NCBI RefSeq assembly: GCF_000008625.1
Contig: NC_000918.1
Span: 780,001-812,000, forward strand
DNA from: Aquifex aeolicus VF5
GTDB lineage: Bacteria > Aquificota > Aquificia > Aquificales > Aquificaceae
Length of the DNA: 32,000 nt
Direction of reading: 5' to 3'
Both the position numbers and the translations under genes were made by a program. Position 1 is the first letter of the stretch. Each line of letters starts with the position of its first letter. The notes under the pieces were generated by a model that was not told the DNA's origin, ran no database searches, and was given only the letters and a program-made list of their open reading frames with translations. Positions 17,533-25,784 of the stretch are shown one piece after another.

Positions 17533-18738
17533 ATGAAGAAAAAGAGGGTAATTCTCGCATACTCGGGCGGACTCGACACATCCATAATAGTGAGATGGCT
17601 CACGGAAAAAGGGTACGAGGTAATAACATACACCGCGGACGTGGGACAGGGAGAAGAACTCTCTGAAATTCCCGAAAAGGCAAGGAGAGCGGGAGCGATT
17701 GAAGCCATAGTAGAGGATTTAAAAGAAACCTTTGCGGAAAATTACTGCCTTCCAACTTTGAGGGCATTAGCCCTTTACGAAGGGAAGTACCCCCTCACCG
17801 CAGCCCTCTCAAGACCTCTCATAGCAGAGAGGCTCGTTTACTATGCCGAAAAGTTCAACGCGGACTACGTAGCACACGGCTCAACTGGGAAGGGAAACGA
17901 TCAGGTGAGGTTTGAACTCTCAGTCTGGGCCCTAAACCCCGATATAGAGGTTCTCGCTCCCGTGAGAGAATGGGAGTTCAAATCAAGGGAAGAACAAGTT
18001 GAGTACGCTCAGAGGTTCAACATCCCCGTTAAAGCTACGAAAGAAAAGCCATACTCCATAGACAGGAACCTCTGGGGCGTTTCCATAGAGTGCGGACCCT
18101 TAGAAGACCCGTGGCAAGAACCACCGCAAGACGCTTACCAGATCACCCAATCCCCTGAAGAGGCTCCGGATGAACCAGAATACGTTACCGTGGGTTTTGA
18201 AAAAGGAAAACCCGTTTACCTGAACGGTGAGCGCTACGAAGAGCAGTGGAAATTGATAGCCAACCTAAATGAAATAGCGGGAAGACACGGTGTGGGAAGG
18301 ATAGACATGGTTGAAAACAGACTCGTAGGGATAAAGAGCAGGGAGATATACGAAGCTCCCGGAGCCATGGTTCTCTACGAAGCATACAGGGATTTACTCT
18401 CTTTAGTTCTTGACAGGTTTACCTTCCACTACTTCCTCACCCATATTCCCCACGAGTACGCAAAGCTCGTTTACGAAGGTCTCTGGTTCACCCCCTTGAG
18501 GGAAGCGCTTGACGCCTTTACGAATAAAATCGCCGAGTTCGCAACGGGAGAAGTAAGATTAAAACTCTACAAAGGAAGTGTAAGCGTTGTTGGGAGACGT
18601 TCACCCAACTCCCTTTACGTTGAAGAGCTCGCAACTTACTCGGAAAAGGACCAATTTGACCAAATAGCAGGTAAGCACTTCACAAAGGTATGGGGACTTC
18701 CACTGAAGGTTCTGGGAAGGGTGAGAAAAGGTAAATAG
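17533..18738 (+). CDS. argG: Argininosuccinate synthase
   Basis: 401 aa: RVILAYSGGLDTSIIVRWL, YVAHGSTGKGNDQVRFE, YSIDRNLWGVSIECGPLEDPW. Confidence 0.97.
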   Translation: MKKKRVILAYSGGLDTSIIVRWLTEKGYEVITYTADVGQGEELSEIPEKARRAGAIEAIVEDLKETFAENYCLPTLRALALYEGKYPLTAALSRPLIAERLVYYAEKFNADYVAHGSTGKGNDQVRFELSVWALNPDIEVLAPVREWEFKSREEQVEYAQRFNIPVKATKEKPYSIDRNLWGVSIECGPLEDPWQEPPQDAYQITQSPEEAPDEPEYVTVGFEKGKPVYLNGERYEEQWKLIANLNEIAGRHGVGRIDMVENRLVGIKSREIYEAPGAMVLYEAYRDLLSLVLDRFTFHYFLTHIPHEYAKLVYEGLWFTPLREALDAFTNKIAEFATGEVRLKLYKGSVSVVGRRSPNSLYVEELATYSEKDQFDQIAGKHFTKVWGLPLKVLGRVRKGK

Positions 18739-18770
18739 AAATTTAACAATTAAAGACTTAACTTAATAGT

Positions 18771-19841
18771 ATGAACGTAGGAATATTTAGTAGATGGAAC
18801 GCAACGTGCGGGGTTTCCCTGCACGCGGAAATGATAGGGAGGGAACTCCTCAGGAGGGGTTATCCTATTACCGTTTTTGCCCCATACCTTGAGAGTGCCA
18901 GCAGATGGTGGCACCACAAACTCATAAGACCCGATGAGGAGTACGTTGTCCGTTGTTACGAAGAGCTTTCCCCTGACGGAAAAGAGGGAAAGATAGACAT
19001 TGAAAAAGTACTTGAAAGGGAAATAGACTTCCTGATAGTGGAAAGCTACGAAAAACTACCTTACAAAGACGTAGAAAAACTTGTAAAAATACTGAAAGAT
19101 AAAGGCATTCCTTCAATAGCGATTATCCACGAGGGAGACTACGAAGATATTCGCTACACCGATATGAACATCTTTGAAAAGGTTTGCGTTTTTGACGAGA
19201 GGTATGTAAAAGAGGTCCTGAAAGACAGGGTCAGTGAAGAAAAAGTAGAGATCATCCCATACCCGTGCTACCCCGTAAGGGAGGGAAGTAGGGAGTTTGC
19301 CGAAGATGGTGTTATAAAGTTCTTCTCCTTCGGAAGACAGCCAAAGGAGGAGTACTGTCCTTATATAGAAGGTCTTAAGGTTTTCAAAAGGGATTTCCCG
19401 AACGTAAAGTACAGGATAGTGAGGGCTATGGAACCCTTAAAAATTTTTGAAGACTTTGTAGAGCAGGAGGAAAGGATTTTAGATTATGAGGAAATAGTAA
19501 AGGAACTTCACTCTGCGGACTTTCACCTGCTTCCCAAAGGAAATACAAAAAGAGTGGTGGTTTCCTCTACACTCTATCAGGTTCTCGGGACGCTTACCCT
19601 TACCGTAGTACCGGACAATAGGTTCTTTGAAACACTCCCCCATGGAGAAGAAGCCCCGGTAATATTCTACAGGGACGTTCTGGAACTCGTTAAAGAACTG
19701 AAGAAGGCTTCAGCAGATGAAGAATACAGAAAGAAAATAAGGGAGAACGCGAGTAAGTTTGTGGAAGAAAACAGCGTGGAGAGGATAACGGACCGATTTG
19801 AGAATTTAATCAATTCTATTCTCGTAAAGAATGTTCATTAA
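18771..19841 (+). CDS. Glycosyltransferase (GT4/GT-B-like)
   Basis: 356 aa: MNVGIFSRWNATCGVSLHAEMIGRELLRRGYPITVFAP, HEGDYEDIRY, VFDERYVKEVL, and a C-terminal region SADFHLLPKG. Substrate not deducible. Confidence 0.6.
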   Translation: MNVGIFSRWNATCGVSLHAEMIGRELLRRGYPITVFAPYLESASRWWHHKLIRPDEEYVVRCYEELSPDGKEGKIDIEKVLEREIDFLIVESYEKLPYKDVEKLVKILKDKGIPSIAIIHEGDYEDIRYTDMNIFEKVCVFDERYVKEVLKDRVSEEKVEIIPYPCYPVREGSREFAEDGVIKFFSFGRQPKEEYCPYIEGLKVFKRDFPNVKYRIVRAMEPLKIFEDFVEQEERILDYEEIVKELHSADFHLLPKGNTKRVVVSSTLYQVLGTLTLTVVPDNRFFETLPHGEEAPVIFYRDVLELVKELKKASADEEYRKKIRENASKFVEENSVERITDRFENLINSILVKNVH

Positions 19842-20855
19842 TTCTTCGAGGTCTATCTCCCCTATAACCACTACCGTGTCTGCTCCACCGTATGAAATGA
19901 GGAGTTTGTTCTCTAATCTCTGTATTCCGCATGGGAAGACTACAAAGGGTCTGTCACCGTAAACTTCGTAGATTTTTTTCGGTTCTAGGATGTAGAAAGG
20001 CGTTACAGCGGTGAAGTACCCTTCCTTGTTCATGAGCACTGCAAAGACCCTGTAAGCGGTAAGTTCTTTGTCTACACCGTGTATTAGAACGAGGTTCTCT
20101 TCTCCAACTTTCACTGGAGGAGTCGCCCATCCTATCTTTGTTTCAAAGGGAGCTTCTTCCATAATGGTTATGTTCTCCCCTATTTCTATTTCTTTGAACT
20201 CGTTTGTATAGAGAACCTCTTCGGGAACGTTGCAAACCGCGAGGTAAAACTTTTCGTTAAGCATGTGTAGTCTGTGATACAGCATTAATTTATCCGTTTT
20301 TACGAGAAAGGCGTTTTTGTCGCTCACTACAAAACTCCTGATGTCTTCAGGCATTCTGAACACGGCAATCTTCTTCCATTGGCCGTTTTCGTATCTCGCG
20401 GTCACGGGAAGAGTTCTTTCCGTTCTAATATCCGTTCTAAAGTAATTAACCGTCCTTCCCGTGTAGGTCATGAAGAGTTTTCCGTCTATCTCGTAAACCC
20501 TCGGATCCTCAACACCCCAAAGGTCATACTTTATGTTCGGTAAAACGGTCAGGTTGGCTTCGTAGGTTTTCCTTTCGGGATTGTAGAGTTCTTCTAAATC
20601 TATATCAAACTCTGCTATAGCGCTTGTGTAGGTGTAGTATCCCATGACTACCCTTGCGTAAATCCTCAGCCTGTTCTCAAACACGTGTATTGAGGGGTTG
20701 AAGGCTACACGTGGAGTTTCCACTGGATAATTCTGTATGTGGATGTCGTGTCCTGTAATCACTTTAAGTCTCTTTACTAAATCTTTGGTCTCAAACCTTC
20801 TCTTTTCCAGAATTTTACGTGAAATATCCGCCCAGTTATTTCTCAGCGCTACCAT
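19806..20855 (-). CDS. GH130-like glycosidase/phosphorylase family protein
   Basis: 349 aa five-bladed-propeller-type motifs: FNPSIHVFENRLRIYARVV, YDLWGVEDPRVYEIDGKLFMTYTG, IGWATPPVKVGEENLVLIHGVD, FPCGIQRLENKLLISYGGADTVVVIGEI. Confidence 0.72.
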   Translation of the reverse strand: MVALRNNWADISRKILEKRRFETKDLVKRLKVITGHDIHIQNYPVETPRVAFNPSIHVFENRLRIYARVVMGYYTYTSAIAEFDIDLEELYNPERKTYEANLTVLPNIKYDLWGVEDPRVYEIDGKLFMTYTGRTVNYFRTDIRTERTLPVTARYENGQWKKIAVFRMPEDIRSFVVSDKNAFLVKTDKLMLYHRLHMLNEKFYLAVCNVPEEVLYTNEFKEIEIGENITIMEEAPFETKIGWATPPVKVGEENLVLIHGVDKELTAYRVFAVLMNKEGYFTAVTPFYILEPKKIYEVYGDRPFVVFPCGIQRLENKLLISYGGADTVVVIGEIDLEELMNILYENRID

Positions 20856-20896
20856 AGCACAAAAATTTTATACTTGTTAATTAAAAGGAGGAAAGG

Positions 20897-21781
20897 ATGT
20901 TTCAAGGCTCAATAGTTGCTCTGATTACTCCCTTCAAGGAAGGAGAAGTGGACTACGAAGCCCTCGGAAACCTAATTGAGTTTCACGTGGACAATGGTAC
21001 AGACGCAATTTTGGTTTGCGGAACTACGGGAGAATCCCCGACCCTTACCTTTGAAGAGCACGAAAAGGTTATAGAGTTTGCCGTAAAAAGGGCGGCGGGA
21101 AGGATTAAGGTAATCGCAGGAACGGGCGGGAACGCAACCCACGAAGCGGTTCACCTGACAGCCCATGCGAAAGAAGTAGGAGCGGACGGAGCCTTAGTGG
21201 TCGTTCCATACTACAACAAGCCCACACAAAGAGGTCTCTACGAGCACTTTAAAACGGTTGCTCAGGAAGTGGACATTCCCATAATCATTTACAACATACC
21301 CTCAAGAACCTGCGTGGAAATTTCCGTGGACACCATGTTCAAGCTCGCGAGCGAGTGCGAAAACATAGTCGCTTCAAAGGAATCCACTCCCAACATGGAT
21401 CGCATTTCGGAAATAGTAAAGAGGCTGGGAGAAAGTTTCAGCGTCCTTTCGGGAGATGACAGCCTGACTCTTCCCATGATGGCCCTCGGTGCTAAGGGAG
21501 TTATATCGGTTGCGAACAACGTAATGCCAAGAGAAGTAAAAGAACTCATACGGGCCGCTTTGGAAGGAGACTTTAGAAGGGCGAGGGAAATCCATTACTA
21601 CCTTCACGACCTATTTAAGGTTCTCTTTATAGAAACGAATCCCATTCCCGTCAAAACCGCCTGCTGGATGCTGGGTATGTGTGAAAAGGAATTCAGACTT
21701 CCCTTAACGGAAATGTCTCCAGAGAATGAAAACAAGCTGAGAGAAGTCCTAAAGAAGTACAACCTACCTCTGAAAAACTAA
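20897..21781 (+). CDS. dapA: 4-hydroxy-tetrahydrodipicolinate synthase
   Basis: 294 aa: GSIVALITPFKEGEVDYEAL, CGTTGESPTLTFEEH, YYNKPTQRGLYEHF, YNIPSRTC. RBS GGAGGAAAGG upstream. Confidence 0.97.
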   Translation: MFQGSIVALITPFKEGEVDYEALGNLIEFHVDNGTDAILVCGTTGESPTLTFEEHEKVIEFAVKRAAGRIKVIAGTGGNATHEAVHLTAHAKEVGADGALVVVPYYNKPTQRGLYEHFKTVAQEVDIPIIIYNIPSRTCVEISVDTMFKLASECENIVASKESTPNMDRISEIVKRLGESFSVLSGDDSLTLPMMALGAKGVISVANNVMPREVKELIRAALEGDFRRAREIHYYLHDLFKVLFIETNPIPVKTACWMLGMCEKEFRLPLTEMSPENENKLREVLKKYNLPLKN

Positions 21782-22810
21782 GCTTCCAGCCCTCTTGAAA
21801 GCCTCAACTTTGAGATGCATCTCCTCCGTTTCCCTTTCCTCTACCGAGTCCCACACTATACCGCATCCTGCGTAGTAATAAAGCCTGTCGCCTCGTCCTA
21901 TTGCCGTTCTTATGAGAACTGAAAGTGTAAAGTCCTCTTCAGAAAAAACTAAACCTCCCGAACCGCAGTAGTAGGACCTTGAAAAGGGTTCCAGCTCGTC
22001 TATTATCTCAACCGCCCTTCTTTTTGGAGCACCCGTCACGGAAGCGGGCGGAAAGGTGCTTGAAAGTATCTCACTTAAGCTCTTATCCGTTATTCCTTTC
22101 ACGGTTGAGTGCATGTGGTAGAGCGTTCTGTATTTTTCCACTTTAAAGAGTTCTTCCACTTCAACACTCCCTGTTCTTGCTATTCTTCCTATGTCGTTCC
22201 TCATCATGTCCGTAATCATCAGGTTTTCTGCCCTCTCTTTTTCACTCAGAAGCAGTGTTTTTTCTTCTTTTGCCGTTCCCTTTATGGGTTTGCTCCTTAT
22301 AACATTTCCCTTCTTTTCTAAAAATAGCTCCATAGAACCGCTGATAACGTAAAAATCTTCAAGCTCTAGGTAAAAGGCAAAAGGAACTGGCTGGGCTTCA
22401 TAGAAATTGAAAAATAGTTCTTCGGAAGAGCCCTTCAGTTCAAACTCAAACCTGTTTGTTAAATTTATCTGGTAAACGTCCCCTTTTTCTATGTACTTTT
22501 TAATCTTTTTTATCCTCTCTTTATACTCTTCGTCGCTCAGAATTGCTCCTTTTAATTTTAATTCTACACCACTACTCTTCTTTGGATTGTAAGGTTTGAA
22601 TCCTACGAGCTCTGCGAGAATTATCTTCTCTCCTTCGTTCTTAATTTCAAGCTCAAGGGTTTGGGTGGATAAAGTGTAGGGAACTAAGAGAAAGAAGGGT
22701 GGAGTAAACTTTTTTATATCCTGTATAGAAGAAAGAAAGTGCATACTTTTTAAAATCCCTTCAAAAAAGCCCCCTTTTCCCAGCCACGTGCCCGCAAGGA
22801 TTAACTTCAT
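21764..22810 (-). CDS. pabB: Chorismate-binding enzyme, aminodeoxychorismate synthase component I-like
   Basis: 348 aa: DVYQINLTNRFEFE, PIKGTAKEE, MITDMMRNDIGRIARTGSVEVEELF, FPPASVTGAPKRRAVEIIDELEPFSRSYYCG. Confidence 0.85.
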   Translation of the reverse strand: MKLILAGTWLGKGGFFEGILKSMHFLSSIQDIKKFTPPFFLLVPYTLSTQTLELEIKNEGEKIILAELVGFKPYNPKKSSGVELKLKGAILSDEEYKERIKKIKKYIEKGDVYQINLTNRFEFELKGSSEELFFNFYEAQPVPFAFYLELEDFYVISGSMELFLEKKGNVIRSKPIKGTAKEEKTLLLSEKERAENLMITDMMRNDIGRIARTGSVEVEELFKVEKYRTLYHMHSTVKGITDKSLSEILSSTFPPASVTGAPKRRAVEIIDELEPFSRSYYCGSGGLVFSEEDFTLSVLIRTAIGRGDRLYYYAGCGIVWDSVEERETEEMHLKVEAFKRAGSLVFQR

Positions 22811-23970
22811 AATCTTCCTTCGTAAGCCCTTTCGTAGAGTTCCTCTACTTCTTCCATACCTACTTCTACAGGGTTAACGGCAAAGGAGTGCCTTGCGCAC
22901 ATGTAAACGTCTTCGGCAAGTCTCGGGAGTTTTTCCTTTTCTACTCCAAGCTCCTTCAGGGTTTTTGGGAGAGAAAACCTTTCTATGAACTTAACGAGAG
23001 CGTCCACCGCTTTGTGAGGTTTTTCTTCTTCTCCCATCAGTCTTGCAAAGAGGGCGTACTTCTCAGGGTTTCCTCTGTAATTAAAGGCGGTTATGTAAGG
23101 AGCGAGCGCCGAAAGTCCTTCCGCATGTGCCACCTCGGGGTAGTGTCCCGAAACGGGGTGTTCCATTGCGTGTATGAGGGCAACTCCGAGGTGGTCTATA
23201 GCTATCCCCGCAAGCATAGCTGCGTAACTCATGTACCGCCTTGCTTCTTTATTTTCTGGCTCTTCAAAGGCTACGGGAAGCCACTTCCTTATAAGCTCTA
23301 TCGCCTTTACCGAGTACTCTTCAGCTATGAAGTTTTCTCTTTTATTCGTCAAACTCTCAAGGGCGTGCATCAGGGCATCAAAGCCTGTGAGGGCGGTGAG
23401 TCTAGGAGGCATACTATAAGTTAGCTCCGGGTCCACGAGTGCAACCTTCGGGTAGTTCAGGCTGTGGGAAATTACCATTTTTTCTTTTGTCATCGGGTTT
23501 GTGAGTACGGAATACCTGTTTACCTCGCTTCCCGTTCCCGCCGTTGTCGGTATCGTTATCACGGGTCTGTTCAGAAAGGGAATCAGCCTGCTCCCTTCCG
23601 GATACCTTACGTAATCCCAGGCGTAACCTTCGTTGGAAGATACTATGGAAATTGCTTTCGCGGCGTCCAAGACACTTCCTCCTCCGATACCTACGATAAA
23701 GTCCACTTTTTCGTTTACGGCTATCTCTGCACCTTTGTTTACCTGTTTGTCCGTCGGGTTGGGAGTTATCTCGTCAAATACCACGTACTCTATTTGATTT
23801 TGTTTTAAGGAGTTTATCAATTTATCCAGTGCACCGCTTTCCTTTGTGCTTTTTCTTCCAGTAACTATCAGGGCTTTGAAGCCAAAGCGTCTCCCTACTT
23901 CTCCCGCTTTTTTTACCGCTCCTTCGCCGAAGAAAACTTCAACGGGTCTGTACTCATTTACAACAGTCAT
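22807..23970 (-). CDS. Iron-containing (type III) alcohol dehydrogenase
   Basis: 387 aa: VDFIVGIGGGSVLDAAKAISI, ITIPTTAGTGSEVNRYSVLT, TGFDALMHALESL, LIHAMEHPVSGHYPEVAHAEGLSAL. Confidence 0.93.
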   Translation of the reverse strand: MTVVNEYRPVEVFFGEGAVKKAGEVGRRFGFKALIVTGRKSTKESGALDKLINSLKQNQIEYVVFDEITPNPTDKQVNKGAEIAVNEKVDFIVGIGGGSVLDAAKAISIVSSNEGYAWDYVRYPEGSRLIPFLNRPVITIPTTAGTGSEVNRYSVLTNPMTKEKMVISHSLNYPKVALVDPELTYSMPPRLTALTGFDALMHALESLTNKRENFIAEEYSVKAIELIRKWLPVAFEEPENKEARRYMSYAAMLAGIAIDHLGVALIHAMEHPVSGHYPEVAHAEGLSALAPYITAFNYRGNPEKYALFARLMGEEEKPHKAVDALVKFIERFSLPKTLKELGVEKEKLPRLAEDVYMCARHSFAVNPVEVGMEEVEELYERAYEGRL

Positions 23971-23995
23971 AAGGAATAAATATAAAAGGAGAAGG

Positions 23996-25384
23996 TTAAA
24001 AGGAGGAAAGCTTTATGTCCGTTATAAAGGCGTAATCTCCTCCGTCAATATCTCCAGCGTACAGTTTTATGTAAACATATCTCTTCAGACGTTTGAAGGT
24101 TATCGGTGAAAATTCCCTTTCACCCAGTAACTTTCCATCCATAAAAACGGATACTGTATTTCCCTTCTTCACTACGTGAACCGTGTGTACCTTACCCTCC
24201 ATATCCTTATCCTTTAACCTTTGACCTCCCAAGTAGGTTTCATTCCTGACGTGTTTTACGTTTACTGCGGAGGTTTCCCGACCGATGGAAACTTCAACGG
24301 CTACCGCATACATTCCTTTCCCCTGTTTTTTATAGAACGTGTACTCAAGAGTCCAGTCCTTCTCGGGATTGAAGTTATTGACGTACTTGCGAAGAACTGC
24401 CCCACCTCCTACGTCGGCTACCCACTTCTTGCCGTTCATTTCCACGCATTCAACACTTCCCTTAAGGATTTTGAGAGAGGTAGGTTTTACCCTGCACGTG
24501 CTGAAGTCTTCTTCCCACAGGATTTTATCCCCGTGAACAGGAGTTCTGGAAGGTCTCTTAATTATCCCGGCTGTCTGTTCTTGTTTTGCTTCTGTTTTTT
24601 CCTCACTTACGCTCCCCTTCTCGGGAGGGAGGTCCCTCACCTGAGCGACTATTAACTTAACTGCATGGTATATGAGGTCTCTCGTTGCTTCTTCCATAGG
24701 TGTATTTTTAAAAGCTTCAAACCATCCGCCCGCTATAGTTGTACCGAATATTCCACCGCCTCCTACTCCGAACTTCCACCTATCGGACTTACCTTCTACC
24801 GTCTCGGCGAGTAAAACTTCCGCATCTCTTACGCGTACAAGTCTAAGGTCTAGGGCTATGTGAGCACTGCTCTTGCCAGCCTTTACACCTACTCCGCCTA
24901 AGAACGGCAACGGTACAACAACACCTCCCCCGCCCATTCCTGAGGCTTTCATCTCCAGAGCAGTTATAGAACCTGTGAGCAGGAAGTCTGCACCTTTTAA
25001 TGCCTTTTTAGGCTGTACACCCAGCATTTCGAGTTCTTCCTTTATTTCCTGCAGGGTCTCTCTCTCAAGAACCCTGAAACACCCTGTTTTCACGAGGGCG
25101 GTAACCAGCATATCAGAGAGACCATCACCAAGAACTTTCGGAGAAACTTCAACGGTGTAGTTCGGACCAAAAACTATCCTATCTCCCGCACACTGTGCCG
25201 CTTTACACTTAAAGCCTCTTGCGACTATCGTACCTATCGGTCTGTCACACTTCGGGAGTTCTGGTTCCCTTTGCCTGATGTCTTTTGCGTATTCGCCCTG
25301 CGTGGTTTGAGTGGAAGCCTGTTGAGCTACTGGTCCGCAACTGAAAATTAAAAAAATCACTGAAATGACTAGAAGAGGGAACAT
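23996..25384 (-). CDS. CsgG-like lipoprotein with extra C-terminal domain
   Basis: 462 aa with lipobox IFLIFSCG. N-terminal half resembles CsgG/HfaB (LSDMLVTALVKTGCFRVLERETLQEIKEELEM, GADFLLTGSITALEM, IALDLRLVRVRDAEVLLAETVEG). Beta-rich C-terminal domain starting about ILWEEDFSTC... Confidence 0.72.
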   Translation of the reverse strand: MFPLLVISVIFLIFSCGPVAQQASTQTTQGEYAKDIRQREPELPKCDRPIGTIVARGFKCKAAQCAGDRIVFGPNYTVEVSPKVLGDGLSDMLVTALVKTGCFRVLERETLQEIKEELEMLGVQPKKALKGADFLLTGSITALEMKASGMGGGGVVVPLPFLGGVGVKAGKSSAHIALDLRLVRVRDAEVLLAETVEGKSDRWKFGVGGGGIFGTTIAGGWFEAFKNTPMEEATRDLIYHAVKLIVAQVRDLPPEKGSVSEEKTEAKQEQTAGIIKRPSRTPVHGDKILWEEDFSTCRVKPTSLKILKGSVECVEMNGKKWVADVGGGAVLRKYVNNFNPEKDWTLEYTFYKKQGKGMYAVAVEVSIGRETSAVNVKHVRNETYLGGQRLKDKDMEGKVHTVHVVKKGNTVSVFMDGKLLGEREFSPITFKRLKRYVYIKLYAGDIDGGDYAFITDIKLSSF

Positions 25385-25449
25385 AATTCACCTCCCCTAT
25401 GTTTGTTATCTTTTAAAAATACTTAAAAGAGTGAAAAAAACAATGAGGG

Positions 25450-25758
25450 TTAAGCGGAGACCTGAGCCTCTAAGTTATCCAATATTTCTACAACTTTTCT
25501 TGCTGCATTTTTGAGTTCTTCGGGGTTTGAAAACTCCCTGAACTCCCTAACCATAATCGCGAGGTTGCTAAAGAGTTCTTCCTTCAAAGGTCCGTTTCCA
25601 AACTTTATCCTGTAAGTTGCGTTTCTTATTGGTTCTTTAATTTCTTCCACTAGCTCCATGAGCTCAGTTTCGTTCTGAGCGTTAGCCATGGACTCTATCT
25701 GTTCCTTGAACTTCTTAAGTAGTTCATAACCTATTTTGAAGTCCGCGTCCATTTGCAT
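25450..25758 (-). CDS. Hypothetical small, charged, mainly helical protein
   Basis: 102 aa ORF, same strand and 26 nt downstream of the GGDEF/EAL gene. GGAGGT before the start. No family recognised. Confidence 0.7.
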   Translation of the reverse strand: MQMDADFKIGYELLKKFKEQIESMANAQNETELMELVEEIKEPIRNATYRIKFGNGPLKEELFSNLAIMVREFREFSNPEELKNAARKVVEILDNLEAQVSA

Positions 25759-25784
25759 TCACCGACCTCCTGAGGATTTTGTAA

